Of a stretch of 41,139 nt of DNA, positions 1 through 11,068 are shown in pieces. The notes below the pieces were generated by a model. That model was given only the letters and a program-made list of their open reading frames with translations. It searched no databases and had not been told where the DNA came from. Position numbers and translations under genes: made by a program. The first letter of the stretch is position 1; each line of letters starts with the position of its first letter. Source of the stretch: Nemertoderma westbladi (lineage: Eukaryota > Animalia > Xenacoelomorpha); the NCBI GenBank assembly GCA_032718475.1, contig JAUCBJ010006935.1, forward strand, positions 1-41,139, given 5' to 3'.

Positions 1-3000
1 TGGGTTCCCGTTTTCGGAAGGGTAGTCCGATTTCATATCTACCTTGATCTTTTAAAAAACGTGTGGTTGTTTCCTGGAATTGCTTGGCTCTTTCTTCTTC
101 TAGCGACAGGGCTTTGTCGTATGAATTAGGTTCTACTAATTCTTGGGTAAAGAATCGTACGGCGAGTTCGTCCCGAGTTCTAGCGTTGTAGCGCTCTACC
201 TCGTCATTAAGTTCGTCATTATAAATAATGGATTCCGTTGGGCGAATCAGTTGACATAGGTTCGCTTGGTTTTTCCAAGTTTGATTCTCTGTAAGTAGGT
301 CAATTGTGTTCTCTTCTTCGAAGAGTTGGTAGATGTCGTCATTATCCGAGGAGTATGGTGTTCCCTCAGTTAGTTCGTCCACCTCACTGCTTTCCACTTC
401 CCAATCGTTTACTTGATATATTTGTTCGTGTGGCATTCTCTCTTCGAGAGTTCTACGGGAAGGGCCAGTAAAGTACCAACCTACTCTAGTTCTTACCGCA
501 TAGGTTTGCAGTGGTTGTGGTTGAGCAGGCCGTTTCTCTAATGTTTCGAGCGCCTCGTGCGCGTTTTGGTCGATGAGTATTTGCACTCCAGGATAATCTG
601 TCTGGAATCGAGGTATCTTAAGATGCTGGATGCTCTCATCTTCATCCCAATTATAAAGGTCTGCTTGAGTAGTAGCAAAGTTCTTTATAGCCACCATTTT
701 TACTGACCTTATACCTTGTGTTCCTAACTTATCCTGGGGGGTGGACAACACACCTACATAGTAATCTGCCGTTAGGGTAGATTTCCAAACCTGCATAATT
801 CCTGACATATTCAATTTAGTCCGGAACCTGGGTTGTCCAGCAAAGATATCTTCGGCTAGTTCTTGATCGATGAATGTTCCTGTGCTGCCGGAGTCAAGGA
901 GGGCGTTCACTATGTAGCTTTTGTTAAGACCGTGAACTCTTACCTGAACTATAGGAAATTCTCTGATTCCTACGTTGGAAGCTGGAGCTTTCCAAGATGG
1001 TTGTTTGGCGAAAGTAGTTAGGGGAAACTCATTGTTGGTGTCCTTTTCATAAGTAAGTGCTCGATACACGGCGGTATTGATTAGATAACAGGATTCGTTG
1101 GCGTCGGAGAATTCGTCAGTATAGAATCCTTCCATCTCAGACTCCTGATCAGTGTCGTTTACATCACTGAATTGGACATGTAGTTCAGACTCACTTACCT
1201 GACTCTGCTTGTCTCGTTCGAACTCACTATGTAACAAGATGTGATGTTTCGCACCACACTTTTCACACTTTATGTCGGAGTAACAGGTTCGCCGTTGGTG
1301 TCCTGGTCTGAGGCAATTATAGCATAACCGCTTGTCCCACACAACGGTACGTCTGTCTACAAGGGATTTCTTTAGAAATTCCGCACACGCACTCAAACGG
1401 TGGGTCCCGTCGCACAGCGCACAGTTAGGTTTTATGTTACTTACTTTACCTTGGGTAGTCTGATGCACTCTCGTTCTTTCTTCGGGCTTTCTTCCGCGCA
1501 TTCTGCTAGGAGACTGAGGAGGGGTCTTAGCAACCTGTTCTCTCCTATTGTTGGTTCGAGCTTTGTATTTACTTACGTCCTTGGAGGTTTTGTCAACATA
1601 GTAAGATCGTTCGGTGTCTTTCCCGCTGTCTTCTTCTTGGGAAACTTGGCTTTCGCCGTCGTCAGTGTAACACACAGGTGTTACTCTTCTCCTAGAAGTG
1701 GGTTTCTCACTTACCTTATTTTCCGATGTTTTCTCTCTGGACTGCTTGATGAGTTGTAGTTTTACCTCACTATCTAAGAAGGACATGAGATCAGCCATGG
1801 TAGGACTTCGTCGTTGTTGTTCATTCATATACAACACTTTCTTGTCCCAGCGTGTACATACTCCACCCTTTGGTAAAGTAGAGACTACGGCTCCAATAAC
1901 CATGGAACTCTGATATTCATGAGACTTACCTAACCAGTCCAATTGACTACAGATCTCTTGAATCTCATCGGAAAACTCTATAATCCCGCTACTAAGGAAG
2001 TGTCGAGGGGCCACTAATTTCGCATACAAATACTTAGCTATGTTGTCCTTGTTACCATACCTGATGTTTAATGTATCCCAAACTTGTCTTAATCCTTCTG
2101 GATGTCCAATAAACTTTAACGCCATTAACTTGGGAGGTCCTTCCAAGCACTTGATGAGGAACCTAAGTTTCTCTCCGTTAGATAGCACAGAGTTCTGTAT
2201 GCTGTCTTTGTAATATTCGTTGAAAGGTAACCATTTCATTTCGTCTCCATTGAATTTGACGATCTCTCCCACTTTGACCGCTTGGCGGGCTTCTGTTCTA
2301 GCCATCTGACGCGTAAAGCTTTCTTGGGCCATCGTGTTATTTAATATCGAATTATCGGTATATAAATTTCTCGGATCATTATCAGGTCTATAGGGAATAT
2401 CATTAATAACAGGTCTATAATCACCCTTAATAGGGTTTGTTATAGGAGTTTCAACTTCACTAGCAGTATAGATGCGTGTAGGCTCCACACCTTGCGCATG
2501 TAATACTTCAGACCTAACAGGTTGACACAATGTTACAGGGGGTATTGGTATGCCCTTTTGGATATTGACTAATTTGTCGCGTTCTAGTGCGATACTTTGC
2601 TGCACTTCTTGCAACTCCGCTCTACCTTCCCTCACTGTTCCCTTAAGTTGGTGGACAGTCTCCTGCATCTGTCCTAGCAGGAGATTCATCCCCCGCCGTC
2701 CCTCTTCCACCCACTCAACCGCCGAAGCGGGAGTCGCCAACATAGTAGCGGGCTGACGCGGGACGACGGGAGACAAATTTTTGATTTCTCTCTCTGCTAT
2801 CTGGACAGGGATATTCTCTTGGACTGTTCCACCGGGTACAGGCAGTGTAGTACTATGTAAAGGGAACTTAGAGTTAAGCTCTGGAAGTACAGGGGTCTCT
2901 AACACAGAAGTGACTTTGGGAACGACAGGCCTAATTATTTCAGGCTCATCAACTATTGTAGGGAGTCTTTTGACCTTAATACTTTGGGCTGTAGGTTCTA

Positions 3001-4633
3001 CACTACTCAAGTCTGTGCTAGCTAGCTGTCTTCTAACAGCTGGGGGCAAATCAGGCAATTTGCGACGGTAAGATGTTTTTCTATGCCTACTTAGATGAGA
3101 TCTATTTCCTCCGCCTTCAGGATCGGTGGTCTCGCCTTCCTCCGAGGATGTGTATCCCTGGCGCTTGGGAGTAGATTTTCTCATCATCTGCATTTGATTA
3201 GCAGTAAACTGTTTATTTATACGGTCTTGCGTCTCTTGCAGATTTTCCAACTCCAGTTGGATAGTCTCCTCAGAAGCTCTCCGTTCTGCTTCTGCCACTG
3301 CTGCTTTTCTTTCTGCTTCTGCTTCTGCCGCCTTTCTTTCGGCTTCTGCTTCTGCTTCTGCAGCCTTTCTTTCGGCTTCTGCTTTTGCCGACTTTCTTTC
3401 GGCTTTTGCTTCTGCCGCCTTTCTTTCGGCTTCTGCTTCTGCCGCCGCTGCTGCTGCCACCTTTCTTTTCTCTATCCATTCTTTCTTTACTTGTTCTTCT
3501 CGGACTCTAGTGAGGCGGAGTTTTTCATCACATTCAGCTTGGTTTGCAGCTAACATTTCGGCATCGATCGAGTCCAACACAAGCTTGGTTCCTTCACTAT
3601 TAGGGGAAAGTCCAGACAGCCGTCTCCTCAACTCTTCGTCTCCTAGGAATCGCTGATAGTCGGACAAATAAATGTCGATAGCGTCTCTAGTTCGCGGCTT
3701 CTCGGCGGTCTCTTCGCTTTCCGCTTGAGAAAGGGTGACATCAGTTTGTTCTTCATGGGGTGATCTCTCAGCCAGCTGGGATTTCCACTGGGCCGTTTCC
3801 TGTACTTTGAGATCTACCCGATGTAACCAAGTTTTGACAGCAACCTGCAGCGACGTGTCCTGTCTTCTTTTGGAAGTTTCCTCAAAGGCTGAGAGGATTA
3901 GTCGTATGCGTAGGGTTCTTTCGCGTATTTGGTATAGCAGCTCTTCCTGCTCTTGAGGTCCTTGAGGTTGTCGAAACAGTTGTTCTTCCAATCGCTCCAA
4001 GGAGCCGAAGAATCCCTGCACATATCCTGCTGCCGACCTCTTCCAAACAGCTGGATCCATTGTATCTTTAGCCACTCCCATCCTGTGTATATCTTCCCAA
4101 GTAGCCTCGGACAGATCCAACGGGAGTCCGAGTCCGGGAAAGTTCCATTGTGACTCGACAATAGACATCAATTCTTCCCTGGCGTATCCCGCATAATTAT
4201 CTTGGGTCGCTCGCTTATTTCTCGCCCAGTCGGCTTGATGTTCCTCCACCGCAATGAATATAGTAGTCAGCACTGCAGCAGGAAGGGTAAGAAGGGGGTC
4301 CGAGTAGACTGTAGCAGCCATCTGCACTCCGCGTTCGGGGGTCAGCTCTACAGTATCCGAACTACTGGAGCTATCGGGTCGCTGGGAAGTAGGTTCTTGA
4401 CCAAGATGTTGCTGCGTTGGGACAACTGCCTCTTGGTTCCGTTTGACCTGTGCCCGAGTGCCTATGATGGACCTATGGTGGATTAGCCTAGGGTCTGATA
4501 CTACTGGAGGGATGACCTTTCTTGCAGTAGGAGGTGAGCTGAACTCCTTTCTTAATCGCTCCACACTCCTATCTGTGTCACAGATGGTTGTATCGATCAG
4601 ACTGTCTGACAGGTTTTGCTGAGTGTCAGACAT
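1..4633 (-). CDS. BEL/Pao LTR retrotransposon gag-protease(-pol) polyprotein, 5' part, open to the window edge
   Basis: Manual minus-strand translation from ATG at 4633 (MSDTQQNL...) shows no stop to position 1. Motifs: Gag DUF1759-like KFNGDEMKWLPF...EKLRFLIKCLEG (~2130-2260); three BEL-type Zn knuckles CALCDGTHRLSAC, CYNCLRPGHQRRTC, CEKCGAKHHILLH (~1230-1425); aspartic protease ALLDSGS (~884-904); RTRVGWYFTGP; GRYEIGLPF at the edge. Confidence 0.93.
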   Translation of the reverse strand, partial: MSDTQQNLSDSLIDTTICDTDRSVERLRKEFSSPPTARKVIPPVVSDPRLIHHRSIIGTRAQVKRNQEAVVPTQQHLGQEPTSQRPDSSSSSDTVELTPERGVQMAATVYSDPLLTLPAAVLTTIFIAVEEHQADWARNKRATQDNYAGYAREELMSIVESQWNFPGLGLPLDLSEATWEDIHRMGVAKDTMDPAVWKRSAAGYVQGFFGSLERLEEQLFRQPQGPQEQEELLYQIRERTLRIRLILSAFEETSKRRQDTSLQVAVKTWLHRVDLKVQETAQWKSQLAERSPHEEQTDVTLSQAESEETAEKPRTRDAIDIYLSDYQRFLGDEELRRRLSGLSPNSEGTKLVLDSIDAEMLAANQAECDEKLRLTRVREEQVKKEWIEKRKVAAAAAAEAEAERKAAEAKAERKSAKAEAERKAAEAEAEAERKAAEAEAERKAAVAEAERRASEETIQLELENLQETQDRINKQFTANQMQMMRKSTPKRQGYTSSEEGETTDPEGGGNRSHLSRHRKTSYRRKLPDLPPAVRRQLASTDLSSVEPTAQSIKVKRLPTIVDEPEIIRPVVPKVTSVLETPVLPELNSKFPLHSTTLPVPGGTVQENIPVQIAEREIKNLSPVVPRQPATMLATPASAVEWVEEGRRGMNLLLGQMQETVHQLKGTVREGRAELQEVQQSIALERDKLVNIQKGIPIPPVTLCQPVRSEVLHAQGVEPTRIYTASEVETPITNPIKGDYRPVINDIPYRPDNDPRNLYTDNSILNNTMAQESFTRQMARTEARQAVKVGEIVKFNGDEMKWLPFNEYYKDSIQNSVLSNGEKLRFLIKCLEGPPKLMALKFIGHPEGLRQVWDTLNIRYGNKDNIAKYLYAKLVAPRHFLSSGIIEFSDEIQEICSQLDWLGKSHEYQSSMVIGAVVSTLPKGGVCTRWDKKVLYMNEQQRRSPTMADLMSFLDSEVKLQLIKQSREKTSENKVSEKPTSRRRVTPVCYTDDGESQVSQEEDSGKDTERSYYVDKTSKDVSKYKARTNNRREQVAKTPPQSPSRMRGRKPEERTRVHQTTQGKVSNIKPNCALCDGTHRLSACAEFLKKSLVDRRTVVWDKRLCYNCLRPGHQRRTCYSDIKCEKCGAKHHILLHSEFERDKQSQVSESELHVQFSDVNDTDQESEMEGFYTDEFSDANESCYLINTAVYRALTYEKDTNNEFPLTTFAKQPSWKAPASNVGIREFPIVQVRVHGLNKSYIVNALLDSGSTGTFIDQELAEDIFAGQPRFRTKLNMSGIMQVWKSTLTADYYVGVLSTPQDKLGTQGIRSVKMVAIKNFATTQADLYNWDEDESIQHLKIPRFQTDYPGVQILIDQNAHEALETLEKRPAQPQPLQTYAVRTRVGWYFTGPSRRTLEERMPHEQIYQVNDWEVESSEVDELTEGTPYSSDNDDIYQLFEEENTIDLLTENQTWKNQANLCQLIRPTESIIYNDELNDEVERYNARTRDELAVRFFTQELVEPNSYDKALSLEEERAKQFQETTTRFLKDQGRYEIGLPFRKREP
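3280..3460 (-). repeat. Coding tandem repeat in Gag (AEAEAERKA-type, about 27-nt unit), probable coiled coil
   Basis: Repeated ctttctttcggcttctgcttctgc on + translates as KAAEAEAERKAAEA... in the gag frame. Confidence 0.85.
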
Positions 4634-4767
4634 GTTTAGCTATACAGTTGAATGTCTACTACTATAGTTTCAGTTAAAGCAGGTCTGGTAATTCAGTATG
4701 ACCGCAAGCCTAGCGATTTATTACCGATACCGTTACTCGGTGTAACGTGATATATATACAATATATT

Positions 4768-5015
4768 AGAATACCGGTATACACTTATAGTATATATAAG
4801 TATTGTAAACTAGGTTTGTCACAGAGTACCGGTATATAATTTTAGCACAAATATATATAAATATATAATAGGCCTATCGTGAATACCGGTATACAGCTTA
4901 CACTTATAGTATATATAAGTATAATTATGGACTAGAATTAATTACAGAGTACCGGTATGATTTCAGCACAAATTTATAGAAATAAATATAATAAGCCTAT
5001 GGTAAATACCGGTAT
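4768..5015. repeat. Degenerate ~120-bp tandem duplication in the BEL leader
   Basis: ataccggtata..acacttatagtatatataagtat..acagagtaccggtat..agcacaaat occurs twice. Confidence 0.7.
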
Positions 5016-6004
5016 GTCAATTATTTTAAATAATTGAATTTCTGAATATTTTTAGGGTTACTTGGTTACTTTAACTTACTTTATTACCGTTATTTAAGCA
5101 GTAGTCCAACTGATATTGAGACCTAGTTGTTGTATGACAGGCCTACTATTTATAAATCGTTTGAGTTGATTTATAACAGATATATACCCGTTTAAAAGGG
5201 TTTTGTCAATATTTGAAATAAATGTTATTATTTCTGGGAGAGTCACTACACAGAAGCTGTGCGCTCTCAGTGAAGTGTTACTTATTGAGACACTAAAACA
5301 GATAATTCTAATTTACCTAAGTTACTTAATACTACAAATTACTTACGATATGGGTGAGATTAATTCTCTAATTAAACACAACAAAAATATTACGTACGAA
5401 ATTTTTTAGGGTAATTTTACAGGAAGTCTACAAACCAGCCTAACAAAGGGTTAGAATTCTGGTTATTACAACTGACAGGGTACTACGGTATTTAAAATAA
5501 TAAGTAGTAGTAAATATACTGCGTTGTCCAGATAGGAAAATACCACCGCCTGACGACCTATAACCGTATCGCTATAGGTACTACATTATGTATCACGGAG
5601 TGTTCCTACCTAGAAGTTAATAGTGCTAACGAATGTGCCTATCAACCACTTTACAACACAAATATACTGCCTACACACTAATTACTTCGGAAAGCACTGT
5701 ACACTAAACCCTAAATTAGGTACAAGTACCGGTACAACAAATAATCAGTAGTTAAATATACTTGAACAGTTAAAAGAACCACGGCATCTGCTGGAGTGAC
5801 CAGAGCACAAAGTCACCAGTCTTGTCCTACGCCAAGCAGCCTGTGTAGTACCGGGGTTAATTTAACTATAACGGTATGTATAACAAGCACAATTACTGTA
5901 GGGATAAACTTGGGGACATGAATGTTGCGAATAATCGCATAAACTCTGAATAATAAATATTACGCTACCCGTACAGAATACTCAAACAAAATACAAACCA
6001 AACG

Positions 6005-6525
6005 CTGGCAGACTACCACCAAGCCTAAATAAACTACCGTACGTGTAGATTCTGAAATGGTTAGTTAGTATGCATTCTAACACGGTAGTACGACTTATTC
6101 TTTAAGAGGGGATTGACCTTACAGCATATGGCTGCCCCAACTTACTAACAGCACTTTATCAGACAAACTCCACACACACAGCAATCTCTTCAGACCTAAT
6201 AATAGCTAGACAACAATCCAGCCTACAAAATATCTGAGTAATAACTATTATGGTACCTGAACAGACCACACAAACAAACACAGGCTAAAACACTGGCAGA
6301 CTACGATCAAGCCTAAATAAACTACAGTATATGCAGATTCTGAAACAGTTAGTTAGTATGCGTTCTAACACGGTAGTACGACTTATTCTTTAAGAGGGGA
6401 TTGACCTTACAGCATATGGCTGCCCCAACTTACTAACGGCACTTTATCAGACAAACTCTACACACGCCGTAATCTCTCCAAACCCAACAACAGTCAGACA
6501 GCAGCTCAGCCTACAATTATCTGAA
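6005..6525. repeat. Direct repeat with ~288-bp period in the BEL leader
   Basis: ctggcagactac at 6005 and 6293. A ~95-nt core (ttctaacacggtag...cagacaaactc) differs by one base between copies. Confidence 0.9.
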
Positions 6526-6693
6526 CTATCTGAGCAGGGTCACACGCCTTCTGCTCAATATTAGCCTACTAGTAAATAAAACCGACAGAAATAAGTAGAA
6601 TCTCAATAAAAATTCAGGGCTGCAGTCCCTGATTAAGTACTAAGACCTACCGGTATACACTAATCAAATTCGAATAATACTAATGTACTGATA

Positions 6694-6835
6694 CAGCAGT
6701 ACCGGTTAGGACAGTTGAGCCTACAGACCTACAGAAGTACCGGTTCTGGCAGTTGGACCTACGGACCTACAGCAGTACCGGTTCTGGCAGTTGGGCCTAC
6801 TGACCTACAGAAGTACCGGTTCAGGTTTACCGGTC
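6694..6835. repeat. Minisatellite, ~37-bp unit, about 3.5 copies
   Basis: Repeats of cag(c/a)agtaccggttctggcagttg..cctac.gaccta. Confidence 0.75.
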
Positions 6836-7090
6836 ACTACGGTATTTTGCAACCTTATTGCTTACTGCAATAAGATCGTTAACTGTTATTGTTCGCGCTT
6901 TTGAAGACCTTTAGCAGTTTAACCTGCCAAAATTTATATGTCTTTTAGTTAATTAAAACACCTTTAGCATACGACAATATTTTATGCTAATAAACAAAAC
7001 ATTAACCGAAGCCAGCCCATGCGCGATCATTCACCCGATGGATCTACACCCGGGAGGCTGAATTCGGATGCTTAAATTTTATTATTGCAG

Positions 7091-8111
7091 TGTAAGGTTG
7101 CAGTGTAAACCTACTGTATTATTCGATAGATCGTTAATAATTAATTTCTGACAGATATTATTGGCTTTCGGGAAATATTAACAGTTCCTTTAGGACGTGG
7201 CGCTCTATCTATTTAAACAGAACTAGGACTTATACCAAACGCAACGATACTGCTTATGATTAAAGTATAAGGCGCATTCTTTAGGAAATGCTTTGTTACC
7301 AAATCACAATCATGCACACTATTCTGCCGACCGTCAGTAAATTTGATCACACATAAAGAGAGCAGCAATTGACTCATGTAGGGTCTGCTAAATAACATTA
7401 GATTCAATACACACCACATTGATATAAATCGCAATTGTTATATATAGCCTGTCTCTCTAACCTGTAGTGTATCAAGAAAATTGGGAAATTTGGGTGATTT
7501 ATCCGTATTTTCCAAAGGGCAATAATTCATCAACAAATAGATACAATTAATAACTGACGGTAGATAACAGTACAAACAATATAATTAATAAGTAAAGTTC
7601 GGAAGAATAATATGATTACCAGTGCGTTAGTTAGATAGTTCAGTAGGTTGATAGGATAACAGTTATACTTTCGATAATTTAAGCAGTTTTACTAGAGTTC
7701 TTCCCAAAAGCCGGTGTTATGGCGAAAAATGGGAACACAACAACAGAATCATATGAAGAATCATATGACTACCCGACTATACGAGGATACCAACTACCCT
7801 TATTCCCCGAAGCTCCCGTCCAACACAGAGGATGAGCATAGAGATAGGAAATTCAGTTCAGTAGCTCTGGGATAGGTCGAAATCAACGCCCACTCAAATT
7901 CTATTGGCCGATACGGACAGCAGGGCTGAGGCAACCTCCCTAAGCTGGTTGGCCGATCGAACAGAACCCAGATACCTTCGTACAGCCCATCAGCCAATAA
8001 GCTGGTAGCTTGCACTATTTTACCTATAGATCCCTTTTAGAGTATTCTAGCGACCGGGGGGGAACTGGCCAGCAAGGCAAACGAATCAGTTATCCCACAA
8101 AAGCTTTTACA
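7091..8111 (-). repeat. Putative 5' LTR of the BEL/Pao element
   Basis: Minus strand starts TGTAAA at 8111, with candidate ends ...TTTACA (7104) or ...CTTACA (7091). CCAAT/ATTGG motifs occur at ~7900-8000. No canonical TGG-type PBS was recognised. Confidence 0.4.
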
Positions 8112-8113
8112 GT

Positions 8114-8398
8114 CCCCCCCCCCCCCCCCCCCCCCCCTGTAACGCCATTTTCGTATAGTACGGTATAGAGCCTGTAATGGGGGGACCCATTACAGGGGAA
8201 CATTTCCTGCTTGTTTTTTTTACCTCTTATTTCAATAAACTTCTACATATTTTAAATTATAATGTTTGGGTAAATTGAAAAGCCCGCGAAATTTCATTTT
8301 CAAAAATACGAGCCAAATAAGACTTATGTTACTTGGAAATAATTTATTGACATTGAAGTGGCATTACAGGGAGGGGGGTGGGGGGGGGGGGGGGGGGG
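8114..8398. repeat. Putative MITE-like fold-back with homopolymer-tipped inverted ends
   Basis: poly-C+CTGTAACGCCA (8114-8147) mirrors TGGCATTACAG+G-rich tract (8359-8398). Internal hairpin CCTGTAATGGG...CCCATTACAGG at ~8171-8196. Confidence 0.4.
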
Positions 8399-8995
8399 CA
8401 AAGCAAGCGAAACACCCCAACTTCATAACTTTAAACACTATATGAATATTCTCACATGCCATTGATTGGTTGAAATTTGGTCAGCGAACGTGGGAAAGAT
8501 GGTTCCTTCATTTTGATAGCCAGGTTTTTCTGATTTGAGCTGTGTACATCATAGTTAACCAGGTCCATTATGGGGAGGGGGGGGGGGGGGGGGGGGGGGG
8601 TGGCACACACAATAATAATGTCTAATGCTTATTCTTACTGATCAGACGTACCTTAGATACATTGGACAACAATACATAATATATGTGCTTCTGCAGAATT
8701 GTACGCTCTTTCAAATGGTATATAGATATCAACATATCTGGTTCGTTAACATTATAAAATTTAAATGCCTTTAACTTACGTTTTGAGTGTCTAAACTGAA
8801 AAATCTATGTTTTTTTCGAATTCGCGCAGATATTCTGAAAAAATAATACAACGTAGCGTTGCAAAAAAATGGTGTTCAATTTGCCGGTCATTTTAAGATA
8901 TAAATTATTGGAAATGATCGAGGAAGTCAAAAGTTACGGGCGTCTAATGTTTTTGTTTAGATTTCGCCACTTTTAGTGATTTTGACCCATATATC

Positions 8996-9000
8996 AAAAA
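8996..9000 (-). terminator. RNA polymerase III terminator (T5) of tRNA-His
   Basis: TTTTT two bases after the tRNA 3' end on the minus strand. Confidence 0.75.
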
Positions 9001-9002
9001 TG

Positions 9003-9074
9003 TGCCTGGACCCGGATTCGAGCCGGGGTTTTTGCGGCCACAACGCAAAGTACTAACCACTATACTATCCAGGC
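9003..9074 (-). tRNA. tRNA-His (GTG)
   Basis: Reverse complement GCCTGGATAGTATAGTGGTTAGTACTTTGCGTTGTGGCCGCAAAAACCCCGGCTCGAATCCGGGTCCAGGCA folds into a full cloverleaf: 7-bp acceptor stem, anticodon GTG, 5-bp T stem. It resembles eukaryotic tRNA-His and is followed by TTTTT. Confidence 0.93.
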
Positions 9075-9811
9075 GTTAGATACTGGTACATAAGAAACAC
9101 CGATTATTACTGTGTAAGCTAGAATAATATGTTGGCTAATAAATTTATGAAACTGCCAGAGACAACAGTGAGAACTTTACAAGTGACAACAGAAAGAGGT
9201 GGAGTGGATACAGTGGATAATGGTAAATAAACTTACTATATTTGTATTCTATGTTATTTGAATCTCTCGATTCAAATGAACATACTGTAACGTTTCACTT
9301 TATGAAACACAAACAGTAAAATTGTGATGACGCAATATTAAATTCATAGAAATATTAAGCTACAGAGACTAAACTTAAATAACTAAGTTACTAAAAACAT
9401 AATATACTTTATAGAAAAAATATTAAACTTAACAAATTATTAAATGAACATTTAAAATGTAGCAAATTACGCATCAAGTTTAGTAAGCAAGCATGCAAGC
9501 AAGCTTCATTTTACTTAATGTTTTCACTCGTCACTGTATACATTTTGTGTACAGTATACATTATACCATCATGGAGAGAACAATATCATTAAAAAAAAAT
9601 ACATGACATAAACTTGCTCTTCTCAGCGCTTACGTTGTAAAATCACTAGACCTACATTCCAAAGTTATGCAAATAAGGCTACTTACTTCCCCCATCCTAT
9701 GTAGGCCTACAGATATGTCCATCCATATTATAGGCCTACTGTCTACGTCCCCGTATCCTATAGTAAATAATAATAATATAGTAATAGGACGATGAATGTA
9801 TATAAACTCAC

Positions 9812-9985
9812 CCCGATGTGCGAGGATGAATCTCTATTTGGTAGGAATCCCTTTCTCCTGAACTGTAAGAGGGTTGGTTGGAGTGCTCGATGCTAACTCT
9901 TACACTGGCGGTGTCGGTACCGGCGGCATTCTGGATGACAACCGAATACCAACCGGATGCGGAAGTGTCTGGTCGATCAATAAAC
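9812..9985 (-). CDS. Host gene exon F: titin/kettin/palladin-like I-set Ig protein
   Basis: aag|FIDRPDTSASGWYSVVIQNAAGTDTASVRVSIE...RTS|gtgagt. Completes the third Ig domain, phase 2/2; the next exon was not found in the window. Confidence 0.88.
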
Positions 9986-10771
9986 CTTCGGAAAATAAAC
10001 GTGATATTCTCGAGAAAATAAACAATAAACATATTAAAAATGTAGTTAAAACTTTTAACACATTTATTTATAAAATAAATTTATTAGAGAAAAAATAAGG
10101 AGTATCAATACATGGTAAAAATGTTTATAAATTACAGTAATAGGGTATATAAAATTTGCCTACAATTATTGAATTATTCATTCTGTAAACATATAGTGTT
10201 CCAAAAAGGGTCATCTGTTTCGTTTTTGAATAACCATGGTTGTCGTAATCTATTGCATAATTCCCGTGGCATATAAACCAAACGTGTCAGCGGCAGCACA
10301 ATAATACTGTTGATTGCTTTTCAACTACTGTATCAGAATTTCACATGATTTGTTAAAAAAAGTTGTCGTACAAGACGATCTAATAAACGCGAATGGAGAT
10401 GAAAGCGCTGGATTCTAGATAACTTTGTGACCAGTTGTAGTACAAGGACCACCATATACTGTACTACAGTACAATACGTACTATACTTGGGGGGGGGGGG
10501 GGGGGGGGGGGGGGGACACGTGCAAACTCCATCTCTGTTTGGTATATTTGTTATTATACAGGTAAAGCATAGATTATGGGCAAAAATGTCGATTATTATT
10601 TTTCTTAGAATAACGTGGCTCTGTAACACCTTTCCCGTAATTTATAATTAACAATGTTGATTCGAGGATTATAGATATCGCATTTCGCCGGGATGGGATT
10701 AGCAACCCCCCCCCCCCCCCCCCTGTTTTTCCTCTGTTAGACATTAACTCTTTATACATAATGACACTAAC

Positions 10772-10961
10772 AGAGTGTAACGACCATTACTATCTTCCGT
10801 TCTCGCGGAGTTCGGGAGTTTTCGCTTGTTGTCTTTCAACCACGTGACTCTTGGAGGCGGGGTACCTCGAACTACACAACTCAACTGGATCGGTTGCCCC
10901 TCGTTACTGGTGACGTTCTCGGGTACCTCAATAAACTCGGGTCTGGTCGCCGCACTTTTAG
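10772..10961 (-). CDS. Host gene exon E: titin/kettin/palladin-like I-set Ig protein
   Basis: tttcag|(A)KSAATRPEFIEVPENVTSNEGQPIQLSCVVRGTPPPRVTWLKDNKR...DSNGRYT(L)|gttagt, phase 1/2. Confidence 0.9.
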
Positions 10962-11068
10962 CTGAAATAATAAAGAATTAAATTAGGCCGATAAATTGAT
11001 ATTAAAAAAAAATAATTAACGAATTGCTGTAAAGGAAAGGGGCGAGCCACGTAGTATTCGGTGTACAT

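Larger units (their letters stand above)
1..8111 (-). mobile_element. BEL/Pao LTR retrotransposon, 5' portion (putative LTR, long leader, gag-pro)
   Basis: Contains the ORF above. On the minus strand TGTAAA begins at 8111 next to a poly-C tract, which fits an LTR start. The upstream boundary is inferred because the second LTR is outside the window. Confidence 0.7.

Noticed and set aside
1400-4486. Plus-strand ORFs, including the Cys/Phe-rich 3095-3553 ORF
   Set aside because: They are antisense shadows of the BEL gag ORF and its AEAEAERKA repeat.
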